64,000 nt of DNA from a virus (Duplodnaviria; Heunggongvirae; Uroviricota; Caudoviricetes): IMG/VR virus record IMGVR_UViG_3300042885_000900. The stretch is one strand, 5' to 3'. The notes under the pieces were generated by a model. It worked only from the letters and a program-made list of their open reading frames with translations. It did not search any database and was not told where the DNA came from. This document shows, one piece after another, positions 20,900 to 31,157 of this stretch (position 1 is its first letter; the number at the start of each line of letters is the position of its first letter). The position numbers and the translations under genes were made by a program.

Positions 20900-21895
20900 T
20901 TAAAACATATCTTCTAATTTATCTAAATGTTTTTTAACAACATCTAAATCACTTATGTCGGTATAAGTCATACCTTGTTTTTTTAATATTTGAACTTGGT
21001 TATGTAATTGTGTCATCATCTGTTTAACCATAGAAGACATCATAGGGTAGTTTGTAATCATTTGGTCTAATTGATAATACTCATTAGGTAGTCCTAAACC
21101 TTTCCCAATTTTATTAACCCAATCTTTACCATAATTATCAGCATCCATTTCCATATCCCAATAAATTTGGTAGAACTCTTCAAAGTCCTCAATATCCCCC
21201 ATATAGGAATCTGCTAAACCAAAATCTATCATTTGTTGTTCGTGTTTTAATTCGTGAAATAAAACATAAACGAACCCCGCTAAATTAGGTATTGTATCCG
21301 GAGAACATAAAATAATTGAATCTCTTGTACGAACACCTCTATATCCTGTCTGACATCCATTAATAACTTTTATGTTAAATCCTCGGTCTTGTATAAACTC
21401 CTTTACCTTATTAAACATAACATCAAGTTTATGATGATACTCTTGTGGTATCTTACTTTTAAATTTGTTAATTACTCTATCGTAATTAGAGGGTGTTTTT
21501 AGACCGTTTGGGGTAATATCTTCTAAAATGGTGTCTTTGGTTATCTCAAACCATTCCGTTACAATAGGGACTATCTCCTTCTTCTTACCGGGGGTTTGAT
21601 TAATATTATTTCCGTCCTCATCACTTGATGTTAACTCCGGATGTTTTTCCATATACTTGGAAATTTTTTTAGATTTAGACTCAATCTTTTTGATTTGTTT
21701 TTTTGGTTCATCCATAGACCCATCATAACTATCGTACTCCAACATTGCGTCATCATATTTAGAAACAGGGATGTTAAACGGTTGCATATCAGATTTTTTA
21801 AATATTCTAATTCCCGGTTGCATTGGCCCAACATAAGAACCTCTTCCCCCACCATCACTTGTTCCCTCGTTAATATGTATTTTATTATTTTTCAT
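20900..21895 (-). CDS. zincin-like (HExxH) domain protein
   Basis: VLFHELKHEQQ ... EMDAD. Confidence 0.6.
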   Translation of the reverse strand: MKNNKIHINEGTSDGGGRGSYVGPMQPGIRIFKKSDMQPFNIPVSKYDDAMLEYDSYDGSMDEPKKQIKKIESKSKKISKYMEKHPELTSSDEDGNNINQTPGKKKEIVPIVTEWFEITKDTILEDITPNGLKTPSNYDRVINKFKSKIPQEYHHKLDVMFNKVKEFIQDRGFNIKVINGCQTGYRGVRTRDSIILCSPDTIPNLAGFVYVLFHELKHEQQMIDFGLADSYMGDIEDFEEFYQIYWDMEMDADNYGKDWVNKIGKGLGLPNEYYQLDQMITNYPMMSSMVKQMMTQLHNQVQILKKQGMTYTDISDLDVVKKHLDKLEDMF

Positions 21896-21927
21896 AGTAT
21901 AATTATAAATATCTTATATAATTAAAT

Positions 21928-22161
21928 ATGGAACAACAACCTGAAATATTCGGAAAACTATTTGAATCAATCCCCCTACACACTGAAGAGCACTTAGATA
22001 TTCTTTTAGATACTATGGATAATGATAGAGCAAACTACTTTTTAATACAAGCCGTTAAATACGCCTTCCATTCTGGAATATACTCTTTGGGTGAAGCCGA
22101 AGTGATTTCTAAATCAATTAGGGTTTTATCTAAAAAAGAAAAAGAGACCGAAGTCTCTTAA
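21928..22161 (+). CDS. hypothetical protein
   Basis: 77-aa ORF. Confidence 0.6.
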   Translation: MEQQPEIFGKLFESIPLHTEEHLDILLDTMDNDRANYFLIQAVKYAFHSGIYSLGEAEVISKSIRVLSKKEKETEVS

Positions 22162-22760
22162 TATTTTATTTTTTTTCTACAATTATCACACATCCATATT
22201 GATTCATTATCAATTGTTGAACCCTTCCCCTTCGCATCATTCATAACACACTTTTTATTGTGATTACAGTGGGGGACACCTAAAGTATGTCCTATTTCGT
22301 GGATAACGACTTTTTCTAATTTACCGTAATAATTGGTTCTCATTCTTTTATTAGAAACAACACAGGATTTAGTTCCTAATAACGAAAGACCTATTACCCC
22401 CCAATTTTTAAATGTTTTACCGTTTAATTGTCTGTTAGTACAAATATCTAATTGAGTTAATGCAACTACTTTACCATTAGTATTATTAAATTTAGTATTA
22501 AGTAGTTTCACTATTTTAACCGATGAATACTTTGATAATCCTTTTATTTTACATTCTACAGGTACATCAATTCTTGGTAGAATATTAACTTTACAGTTAT
22601 AAAACTTTTTAAGATTGTTTTGAACAAATACTACATCATTCTTGGGAAAATCCCCAATAACCACTATAGATATTTCTTTTGTTTTTGATGTTAATCCTAC
22701 ATAACTTGTTGAAGTTAATAGAATTATCAAGACAATGATTATTTTATATAAATTTTTCAT
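22158..22760 (-). CDS. secreted archaemetzincin-like (M54) Zn metalloprotease
   Basis: Signal peptide; HEIGHTLGVPHC....CVM...MCDNC. Confidence 0.8.
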   Translation of the reverse strand: MKNLYKIIIVLIILLTSTSYVGLTSKTKEISIVVIGDFPKNDVVFVQNNLKKFYNCKVNILPRIDVPVECKIKGLSKYSSVKIVKLLNTKFNNTNGKVVALTQLDICTNRQLNGKTFKNWGVIGLSLLGTKSCVVSNKRMRTNYYGKLEKVVIHEIGHTLGVPHCNHNKKCVMNDAKGKGSTIDNESIWMCDNCRKKIKY

Positions 22761-22798
22761 ACCGCAAAGATACGAAATTTAATTAATTAACCAAAAAA

Positions 22799-24025
22799 TT
22801 ACGCAACTCCCGTATTGTTTTCTCCTATACTTTGAGCCAACATAATTGGGTCTACACATTGTTGTCCATCTCCGTGTAATTTATCAAAAAATTCTGTAGA
22901 ATTTTGAACTAAAAAACTACCTTTAGTTTCTCCCATAACAAAAAGTCTAGCATTTTGAGCCAATTTTTTAACATTAGGGTTATCAATAAATTTAGCGGGA
23001 ACCCCAACACACCCAAAACTTTGATTTGCGTATGCTATAGATTTTGCCGAATCTAAATATTCTTGGGGTACTTTCCCTGATGAAATTTGTTTTTTTAATA
23101 AAGATTCTAAATCCGCACTTGCAGTTAATCTATCCGGTAATCCAGCCGGTATTCCGTGAATTGCACCAACAATGTTTTTACCACCACTATCTTTTAAATG
23201 AAGAACATTTTTACCTTTTCCCACATAACCTTTATCACTACTTAAACTACTAATACTATAAATCCCTTTAGGTAAAAATCTAGCAGCAATTTTAGTTAAA
23301 CTTGAATAGATTGGTTCTGATGGTTTACCTGTTGTGGGGTCAGTACATTTATATGGTTCAGATAATAAAAACTTACCATCTTTTTTACTAACTTTACACC
23401 AATCCTCAATTGTAAACGGTTGAGCATCTTTTTGGACATCAGCACCGTCAACCACTGAAGTATAATCAACTAAAGTTGGTGGTGAAAACCAACCGGTGGA
23501 TGGTGCAAATAAATAAATTAAATTTTCTTTAGGGTCATAAATAAAAAATGGTTTATTATCCATATCTCTATCTACGATATATTTAAGTTCTTGGTCAATT
23601 CTTGGAGTGTAATTGTATTTAGAAATTTTTTTAATTTTTTCTTTTTTGGATTGTTCTGTGTTTTTAACTGTTGGGACAACTTTAGAGACCTTATTTTTTT
23701 TAGGTACATCAACGGTTGTTTTGGGGGAAGCACCATAAATTTTAGTTTTAATAGCTTCAACACCTTTAGGTGTCTTTACTTCAGTCCAATTGGGGTTTTT
23801 ACCTGTATTTTTTTTTGCGTACCAAAATTTATCACTCCATTTCATATATTGATATGGGTCACCCTCTGGTCCTTGAACTATAGTGTCCTTTATAGGTGTG
23901 GTCATCCCTAATGGGTCGTTTAAATTAACACCCTGTTCTGATAAGTATTGTCTCTTTGTTGCACTCTCGTGAAGATTTAAAATCCTATCTTTTTCCTCTC
24001 CATCCAAGAAATATAAATTTTTCAT
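22799..24025 (-). CDS. L,D-transpeptidase (YkuD-like) domain protein
   Basis: PKGIY, AIHG...SFGCVG catalytic His/Cys motif. Confidence 0.65.
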   Translation of the reverse strand: MKNLYFLDGEEKDRILNLHESATKRQYLSEQGVNLNDPLGMTTPIKDTIVQGPEGDPYQYMKWSDKFWYAKKNTGKNPNWTEVKTPKGVEAIKTKIYGASPKTTVDVPKKNKVSKVVPTVKNTEQSKKEKIKKISKYNYTPRIDQELKYIVDRDMDNKPFFIYDPKENLIYLFAPSTGWFSPPTLVDYTSVVDGADVQKDAQPFTIEDWCKVSKKDGKFLLSEPYKCTDPTTGKPSEPIYSSLTKIAARFLPKGIYSISSLSSDKGYVGKGKNVLHLKDSGGKNIVGAIHGIPAGLPDRLTASADLESLLKKQISSGKVPQEYLDSAKSIAYANQSFGCVGVPAKFIDNPNVKKLAQNARLFVMGETKGSFLVQNSTEFFDKLHGDGQQCVDPIMLAQSIGENNTGVA

Positions 24026-24058
24026 AAAATTCTTTTAATATAAATATCCAATAATTTA

Positions 24059-25768
24059 TTATAATTCTAATCGATATTTAAATAACCCACAATCCCATAT
24101 TTTGTCATAACCCAATTCAGATGTGAGTTCTTTTTCCGTTTTATTATAGTCTAAATCCGGAAATCTTTTTTTAAGATTATTTTTACCAAATCCAAATTTA
24201 TGAAATCTTTTGTATTTACTAATTTTTGAATTATAATAATAATAATTTGGTTTTGTTATTGATACTAAATTAAACCCCAAATTAGTATATAGATTATTTT
24301 CCGGATTAATTGTCCATCTTCTATCCGCAAAACTAATTATTGATGTTGGGTTATACTCATTAATAAAATGTTTAATAAATTTAGAGGCTAACCCCCTAAT
24401 TAAATAATTTTGTTTTGTTGCGTATCGACTTAATTCAAATTCACCGTCATTATTTTTAGTCATATTTCTACGACCATTAAATGTTATAACACCAACTAAT
24501 TCATTATTATAATATGCCCCGTAATATATGTTTGACTTATCGGTGCCTTGTATATGATTATTATTTAAAAAAAATGTTTTATCTTCTAAATTTATTTTTT
24601 TAATGACAACATTTCTACCACCAATTTTAACACCATCATTTACATTTAATAAATGTTTTAATTTTGATTTAACTAATTCGGTATTAATAACCCATTCATC
24701 CTCAAAAATATGTATTAATTTATATCCTATTTGATTACACTCTATTGTTTTATTTAGATGATATGATGAAGTTTTTCCCATTTTTTCTGTGTGATAATAT
24801 AATCCATCATACTCAATACAAATATTGGTACCATCAACAATCAAATCAATTTCTTTACCATCTAATAATTTACGATTTTTACCTTTATTAACCATAAATC
24901 CAACACTTTCGATAAACTCTTTAATCTCCGTCTCACCTTTTGATGTCCAAGTAGGTATCATATTAATATTTGTTAGTTTCGCTAAATCACTTAAACATTC
25001 AGAAATAGATGTTGAAACTATTTTTTCATTAGGATATTTTAATTTATATTCTAATGTTGTGATATTATGTTTATTTTTTAAATGAGTGTTTGATATACTT
25101 TTCATTTTTTCACCACAAATTTTACAAATAACATAATTTTTACTTTTAGATAAAAATTTGGTTAATTCTGTTTTTTTTATGTAATTTGGGTGATGTTTAA
25201 TATCTTCAGGGAATTTTAATAAATAATCATCTAATGTTATTTTATGAGATTTACTTATATGTGTCTCAAAACAACCTGTTTTATTTGAAGTGTCTTCTGT
25301 TACCCACTCACATAATTTACATTTTCTTGTAGGAGAATTTTCAATCTTAATTATGTTGAAATACTCCTCAAACCACTTTTTGTTGTTAATTAATTCGTAT
25401 TTTTTTCTTTGGTAAGTATTGGATGGAATCCATACATCTCCATATAACTCAATAATATGTTTGGTTAATTTACCGGATAAATTATTGGGGTCTTTAATTA
25501 CCATATTAGTTTTTTTACATTGAGCAATTAATTCGTGGGTATCTGAAGTTGTATATAAGTTAGATTTTGTGGTTTCAATTTCAAAACTATTCCCCATTTG
25601 GGTTTGACCACCTTTTTTATTAATCACAATATTATTTTCCTTTAATATTTGACTAATTTTTTTATGACCAACCTTAAATTTTTCGGCTAATTTATGAGTA
25701 CTCGGAATTTCAGTTTGATATAATTCAATAATGTTAATTATAATTTCAGGTGTTAATTTGGTTTTCAT
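24059..25768 (-). CDS. homing-type endonuclease (Zn-finger repeats + PD-(D/E)XK)
   Basis: CKLC/CKIC..H fingers, EIDL...IEYDGLYYH, IHIFEDEW; lies just downstream of the capsid gene. Confidence 0.7.
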   Translation of the reverse strand: MKTKLTPEIIINIIELYQTEIPSTHKLAEKFKVGHKKISQILKENNIVINKKGGQTQMGNSFEIETTKSNLYTTSDTHELIAQCKKTNMVIKDPNNLSGKLTKHIIELYGDVWIPSNTYQRKKYELINNKKWFEEYFNIIKIENSPTRKCKLCEWVTEDTSNKTGCFETHISKSHKITLDDYLLKFPEDIKHHPNYIKKTELTKFLSKSKNYVICKICGEKMKSISNTHLKNKHNITTLEYKLKYPNEKIVSTSISECLSDLAKLTNINMIPTWTSKGETEIKEFIESVGFMVNKGKNRKLLDGKEIDLIVDGTNICIEYDGLYYHTEKMGKTSSYHLNKTIECNQIGYKLIHIFEDEWVINTELVKSKLKHLLNVNDGVKIGGRNVVIKKINLEDKTFFLNNNHIQGTDKSNIYYGAYYNNELVGVITFNGRRNMTKNNDGEFELSRYATKQNYLIRGLASKFIKHFINEYNPTSIISFADRRWTINPENNLYTNLGFNLVSITKPNYYYYNSKISKYKRFHKFGFGKNNLKKRFPDLDYNKTEKELTSELGYDKIWDCGLFKYRLEL

Positions 25769-25849
25769 AGTATCATATTTATATAAATATAATAATAATT
25801 ACTTAAAAGTCAAATTATAATCCATTTATTTTTAACCCATTCTATAAAT

Positions 25850-25878
25850 AAAAAAAGAGGACATATAGTCCTCTTTTT
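25850..25878. terminator. bidirectional intrinsic terminator after capsid gene
   Basis: aaaaaagaggac-atata-gtcctcttttt. Confidence 0.75.
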
Positions 25879-25901
25879 GTTAAATATAATAAGATTTTTG
25901 A

Positions 25902-27767
25902 TTATCTCAATTCTCTTAAGTCAAATGTTCTTACACCATCTACAGTGATACGTGCGTAAAAACGGTTATTTACCATTTTCTTCGCGTATCTCGTCATAAT
26001 CCCTTTAATTGGTGTAAAATTAAATGGGTTATACATTGTAGGTGTTAATTGTAACGGTACGTATGGTGCGTAGATGTATCCTGTGTCTAACAATGATGTT
26101 CCTTTATGTCCAATTAACACTGTGTTAGCTGGGAAGTAAGGGTCACGGTAAACTTGGTAACGACCTGCTAATGTTCCAACTCTTTCAATACCCATGTTAT
26201 ATTGGTCTTGTTCAGGAGAAGCATTAGATACGTGGAAGTACTCTAAATCATCAAAGATAGCAGAAACCTCAGAAGATACAACAATCCAGTTTGCTCCACC
26301 TCTTAAAGTAGATTTGTGGATTTGTGCAGACAATTGGTTGATTGCTGTAATTAATGTTTGGTTCCAATCTTTTTGAGTATAAGAAGTTGTCAAAGATAAA
26401 CGTTTCCAACCATTGTAATCCCATCTCAAGTTCCAAGCAGCACCTTTACGTAAATCTCTTAAGATTTCACGGTCAATTTCAGCAGCAACTTGTTCAGATA
26501 ATAAAGCTGTTAATTCAGCTTCAGCATCGATGTTGTGGAAAGCAGCAACGTCTTGAGCTAACTCAGGAGACCATTGTGCTCTTAATTTTCTTTCTGTAAC
26601 AGTAACAGTAACTGAATCTAATTCGAAAGAAACCTCACCGATTTTATCTTCAAATTCTAATTCTTTATATCTTCTGAAAACAGCAGTAAAGTCATTATTT
26701 GCTAATGTTCCGATTGTTGTTCCTGTGTAACCGTCTAAAGAGTCAGCACCACATGAAATACATACAGGACAAGATAAATCAACTTCTAAGTAAATAGTAC
26801 CTTCGATATCACAGATATCATTGTAGTTACCATTATTACCTTGAGAAGCCCAAGGAGCTTGTGATTGACCACCGTAAGATACGATACCTTTACCATATTG
26901 TTGAGTAACAACTCTAAACAATAAAGAATTAGGATTACCAGCCGCGTTAAATACTACATCACAAGGAGAATCTCCTGACCAAGTACCGTCTGTTGCAGTA
27001 CCGTTAGCGTAAATTTTCAAATCAGATAAGAAAGTTTCAGAATCATATTCGTTACCATCAGGTCCGATTAATTTACCAGCACCAGTGTTAGCGAAATTTA
27101 TCATTTTAACGATTACTTTTCTAACGTTAGAATCATTATATGCTCCATCAGCATCAATTAATCCACCATTAGACCATTTTTGAACTAATGTTGTAGCAGT
27201 AACTGCAGACCATTGTCCTTTAGAATAATCAAACAATCCTGGAGGGTCTAATTGACCTTCATTTCCTTCATAGAATAAATCATAAAGATTTTTCTTGTAA
27301 GCTCCTGCACTGTTTCCGTAACCAGAACCAACTTCAGTTGCGTTAGAGTTTGGTGCTCCGTATGGAGAATAATGCTCTCCTGATTCACCTGCATAACCAT
27401 TTTCAGGTGTTTGTGCTGTTCCATTATCATACCCTTGAATTTTAGGTACAAAGAAGAATAATTTACCGATTGGTAAATTCATTGCTTGTACAGATACGAT
27501 TTCATTCGCTAATAATTTAGAGAATACTCTTCTTACGATAGGGAATACAACAGTTTCGAATGAACCTGAAGACCCGTCAGAAGTAGCTTCGTTGATTAGG
27601 AAAGACGCTTGGTTCTCATATAATTGAGCTACGTTTTCTTTTAAGTGACCTTTAAGTCCTTCTAGGAATCCTAATTTATCCCATTTGTTAATTGTGTCTT
27701 CTTTAATAACTTTAAGGTGTTTTAACCCTATGTTACCAACTAGACCTGATTCTAATAATGCTCCCAT
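25902..27767 (-). CDS. major capsid protein (T4 gp23-like)
   Basis: VSVQAM..P.G..F, RKLRAQWSPELAQD..AFHNIDAEAEL...EIDREI, YAPYVPL, GIMTRY. Confidence 0.95.
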   Translation of the reverse strand: MGALLESGLVGNIGLKHLKVIKEDTINKWDKLGFLEGLKGHLKENVAQLYENQASFLINEATSDGSSGSFETVVFPIVRRVFSKLLANEIVSVQAMNLPIGKLFFFVPKIQGYDNGTAQTPENGYAGESGEHYSPYGAPNSNATEVGSGYGNSAGAYKKNLYDLFYEGNEGQLDPPGLFDYSKGQWSAVTATTLVQKWSNGGLIDADGAYNDSNVRKVIVKMINFANTGAGKLIGPDGNEYDSETFLSDLKIYANGTATDGTWSGDSPCDVVFNAAGNPNSLLFRVVTQQYGKGIVSYGGQSQAPWASQGNNGNYNDICDIEGTIYLEVDLSCPVCISCGADSLDGYTGTTIGTLANNDFTAVFRRYKELEFEDKIGEVSFELDSVTVTVTERKLRAQWSPELAQDVAAFHNIDAEAELTALLSEQVAAEIDREILRDLRKGAAWNLRWDYNGWKRLSLTTSYTQKDWNQTLITAINQLSAQIHKSTLRGGANWIVVSSEVSAIFDDLEYFHVSNASPEQDQYNMGIERVGTLAGRYQVYRDPYFPANTVLIGHKGTSLLDTGYIYAPYVPLQLTPTMYNPFNFTPIKGIMTRYAKKMVNNRFYARITVDGVRTFDLRELR

Positions 27768-27799
27768 TTTTTTGGTTTTTATTAATTTTTAGTTTATTT

Positions 27800-29257
27800 T
27801 TATTTTAATTTACTCATTAAATCTTTCATTCTAAGGAATTGAGGATTTTCATAAGTTTTTGATTCAATTAAGTTAATCGCTGAACCTGATACCGGAGCTT
27901 TTTGAATTGCTCTTTCCATCGATTCGTTCATTGGTTGACTTGTATTAACTGAAAGTTCATCTTTAAGATTTTGATATAAATTTTTAGATTCTTTGATAGT
28001 TTCAACACCATCAAATCTTCTTAAGATATTTATTTTTTCTTGTTTAGATGTTGAGTGTTCTGTAAACAAACGAGTAGCGTAAGCTAAGTTTGAATTAAAT
28101 ACTGCAACCTCATTCAATTTATTTCTAAATACATTAAGAGCTTTTCTATACTCTTCATTCTTTTCTCTAAGAATTGTTAATTCATTTGATTCTGTATTTT
28201 CAAATGTTAGATTTCTGTTAGGAGTAATTCCTTTTCTTAATCCTCTACCTGATTTAGAACCATTTCCGTATGTGTGAGCAGCTTCTTTAGTTTCTACTTT
28301 TTTAACGGACGCTTTTTTAACCGGTGCTTTTTTAATGGCTTTAAATTCACCATCAAGATTTTCACCTTCTTTGTATTCAAATTTAGCTTTACCTGTTCCA
28401 ACTGATTTTGGTGCTTCTTTTTTCTTCACATCAAATCCTTTTCCTTGGTTTGGTTTAGCATCGTATTTGAATTTAGGACTTCCGATTCCAGTACCTTTAG
28501 GTTTTACAGACATTTTAGATTCCATAACAGGCTCCTCTTCGTCACCCATATCGTCATCTTCATTCATCTCTTCTTCCTCATCGTCTTCTTCTTCGTCTTC
28601 TTCGTCCATTTCAATTTCATAAACTAATTCTTCAGACTCATCGAATTCTTCAAAATCTTCTTCATCGTCAAAACTTTCTTCTTCGTCATCAAAAGAAAAT
28701 TCCTCTTCTTCGTCGTTGTCGTTTCCAAAAATTCTTTCAACAATAGATTCGATAGATTCATCTGATTCATCAAATTCTCCCGATTCATCAAATTCACCGT
28801 ATCCATCTTCACCTTCTGTAACAATCATATATTCAGCGTCAGTTTCGTTGTCTTTAATATTAATGTTACCAGAATCATCTTTAGTAACAACAATATTATC
28901 GTCAGGACCCATTAATTTGAATACACGCAAGATTTCTTCATCATCTTTAATGTTAGTTAGGTCGATAACATCTTCATCTTCATCATCTGAATCGTCATCG
29001 TCCATATCAAGGTTATCCATATCCATTTCATCACCTTCTTCATCGTCAGACTCTTCGTCATCCATGTCAGGTAATTCCATGTCAATGTCAGTTTCAATCT
29101 CATCTTCTTCTTGTTCAGTTAGAGATTCTTTTACTAGTTCGTTGATTTCTTCCTTCATAGTAGAAGCAAGTATTCCTTTTGCATTTTCAGCTACCGCTTC
29201 TTCCAAATTTTTCATTTGGATGATAGCTTCTTCAACTAAAGATTTTTCTTTTGCCAT
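27800..29257 (-). CDS. prohead core scaffold protein (gp22-like position), very acidic
   Basis: D/E-rich; lies between protease and capsid genes. Confidence 0.7.
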   Translation of the reverse strand: MAKEKSLVEEAIIQMKNLEEAVAENAKGILASTMKEEINELVKESLTEQEEDEIETDIDMELPDMDDEESDDEEGDEMDMDNLDMDDDDSDDEDEDVIDLTNIKDDEEILRVFKLMGPDDNIVVTKDDSGNINIKDNETDAEYMIVTEGEDGYGEFDESGEFDESDESIESIVERIFGNDNDEEEEFSFDDEEESFDDEEDFEEFDESEELVYEIEMDEEDEEEDDEEEEMNEDDDMGDEEEPVMESKMSVKPKGTGIGSPKFKYDAKPNQGKGFDVKKKEAPKSVGTGKAKFEYKEGENLDGEFKAIKKAPVKKASVKKVETKEAAHTYGNGSKSGRGLRKGITPNRNLTFENTESNELTILREKNEEYRKALNVFRNKLNEVAVFNSNLAYATRLFTEHSTSKQEKINILRRFDGVETIKESKNLYQNLKDELSVNTSQPMNESMERAIQKAPVSGSAINLIESKTYENPQFLRMKDLMSKLK

Positions 29258-29370
29258 TTGTTTTATGTTATTTTAATATATAAATATATGAAATTATGAA
29301 AAAAGCACATTTGTACTAATATTCATAACATCTTTTTATTTATTAATAAATATCACAAAAATGTAAAAAA

Positions 29371-29400
29371 CAAAAAAAGGAGACAAAATGTCTCCTTTTA
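29371..29400 (-). terminator. intrinsic terminator
   Basis: aaaaggagaca-aaa-tgtctcctttt. Confidence 0.7.
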
Positions 29401-29421
29401 GTTTAATCAATTAAAATTTTT

Positions 29422-29631
29422 TTATTCTATAACTTCGTTAATTTTACTCTCAACGATTGCGGTTATTCTCCACTCCATAGAATAATTTTCAAATACTTTA
29501 GTGACTTTCGCCTCTACGTCGGTGGGATTGTAACCACTAACTAATTTTTCTTCTCTTAACTTTTTAAGTTTTCCTGTTTCAGTATCTACTGAATCCAATG
29601 TAATTTTTGCGATGAAATACTTTTCGTCCAT
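29422..29631 (-). CDS. DUF4494-like small protein
   Basis: YF.AKI.....TGK.KK..E..LV......EAKV pattern like Bacteroidota DUF4494. Confidence 0.55.
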   Translation of the reverse strand: MDEKYFIAKITLDSVDTETGKLKKLREEKLVSGYNPTDVEAKVTKVFENYSMEWRITAIVESKINEVIE

Positions 29632-29647
29632 AATGTTTAATTTTTTT

Positions 29648-30373
29648 TTAGTATCCTAAATAATCGTTTAATTTTTTCATTAAGTCAAGCGATTTGTTTC
29701 CAGATTCGCCAACTTGTCTTTCTACTTTCATTTTTTTCTCTTCTTCCAAATTCTCATCAAAATTAAACCTATCATCAGGATTTTGAAAAAGGTATGCTCC
29801 TGGTGTTGATGGTGATGAAACTAAGTCAAAACAGATTAATTCAAAATCATCTTGTACTTCATTTTGTTCACCCACTTTTTTAAGAGACCCCACACCTCTT
29901 GAAGATATACCCAATGTAACACCTTGTCTAAGATAGTTTGCCGCCAAATCACCTTTGGTTGATACAATCCCTCTTTCGTGGAAACCAGGAGATGTTAATA
30001 GTTTTATTTTACCCATTAAAACGGGTCCTTCCCACCATATCTCTGTAATTGCGTGAGATACTCTATCTAAATCAATTAACGATGATTCAGGATGATTTAA
30101 TTCTGAAAGGGCTGTTCCTTTGTTAATCATCTTTTTATAATTCTCGGCCTCTCTTTTTAAGATTCTCTCAGGATACAATCTACCATTTCTATTTGGTGTA
30201 TTATATTTTTGTAGAACCGCATAAAATTCAAAAGGTTTTGAATGGTCTAAATCTTCTTTAGACTCTTTAATCATCGCAGCATTTTTCTTATCTGTTGGGG
30301 AAATAAATCCGGCATCTTCCTCAATTAATATCCCTCTCCCTATTTCATTTGGTTTTAAAATTGTTAAATTCAT
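29648..30373 (-). CDS. prohead core protease (T4 gp21-like)
   Basis: NRNGRLYP, ELNHP, RVSH, LGISSRGVGS, FDLVSSPSTPGAY. Confidence 0.92.
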   Translation of the reverse strand: MNLTILKPNEIGRGILIEEDAGFISPTDKKNAAMIKESKEDLDHSKPFEFYAVLQKYNTPNRNGRLYPERILKREAENYKKMINKGTALSELNHPESSLIDLDRVSHAITEIWWEGPVLMGKIKLLTSPGFHERGIVSTKGDLAANYLRQGVTLGISSRGVGSLKKVGEQNEVQDDFELICFDLVSSPSTPGAYLFQNPDDRFNFDENLEEEKKMKVERQVGESGNKSLDLMKKLNDYLGY

Positions 30374-30396
30374 TTTGAATGTTTTATTTATAAATA

Positions 30397-30867
30397 TTAA
30401 ACATTCTCAATTTGTACTGGTTCCTCTGACGATTTGATTTTTTTTGTTAGATAAAATTTAAAATTTTCATTTTCTAAAAAGTTATCTAAAAAGATTTGGT
30501 TAATAATTTCTTTTAACGAATTTTTAATTTCGTCGGATTTAAAGTCCATATCAGTTTGAATTATAAAAAAATTAATTTCTAAATTCATAAAAGATTTTTT
30601 TCCGATTGTTAGACCGCTTGACCTTAAATCCAAGTCAACAATGAAATTTGTATCAAAAATTGTTTTGTCTAATGATTCATAAACTGAATGTTTTATACCT
30701 CTACTCATATTAAGAACTGTCCTTGTCCAGTTATTAGCTTCGTAAATTGGTTCTACCCATGTTTGAATGTTTAGGTAGAGAGATTTTAAACTCATTGAGT
30801 CGACTGTTCCATATATTATTTTAGCAGTCTTAAACCCATGAATTTGTGAGGTTTTCCCCTTTTTCAT
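30397..30867 (-). CDS. hypothetical protein
   Basis: 156-aa ORF in head module. Confidence 0.7.
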   Translation of the reverse strand: MKKGKTSQIHGFKTAKIIYGTVDSMSLKSLYLNIQTWVEPIYEANNWTRTVLNMSRGIKHSVYESLDKTIFDTNFIVDLDLRSSGLTIGKKSFMNLEINFFIIQTDMDFKSDEIKNSLKEIINQIFLDNFLENENFKFYLTKKIKSSEEPVQIENV

Positions 30868-30962
30868 TAATTTCCATATTTTTTCGTTTATTTTTTAAAA
30901 AAAATAGGTGAAAATACTTCAATAGTCAAAACTTTTTGAAAAGATGGGGATATATGTAATAT

Positions 30963-31157
30963 ATGTTAATAGTTAAATTAGATAAAAACACTACGATTGA
31001 GCGAGCTTTAAAACTTTATAAAAGTAAGGTAATAAAAACTCGACAAAGTTCTGAACTTGTTAAAAGAAAAGAATTTGTTAAAGAGTCTGTTATTAAAAGA
31101 GCTGAACTTTCTAAGGCAAAGTATGTCCAAAAGAAGTTTAAGTCGAATAACGACTAA
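30963..31157 (+). CDS. rpsU: ribosomal protein bS21
   Basis: MLIV......IERALK.YK.KV.KT....EL..RKEF.K.SV.KR....KA.Y.Q, the Bacteroidota-type S21 pattern. Confidence 0.85.
   Translation: MLIVKLDKNTTIERALKLYKSKVIKTRQSSELVKRKEFVKESVIKRAELSKAKYVQKKFKSNND

Noticed and set aside
28335-29276. Ser-rich plus-strand ORFs
   Set aside because: Antisense of GAA/GAT-rich acidic scaffold codons; the same applies to most short overlapping ORFs in the track.
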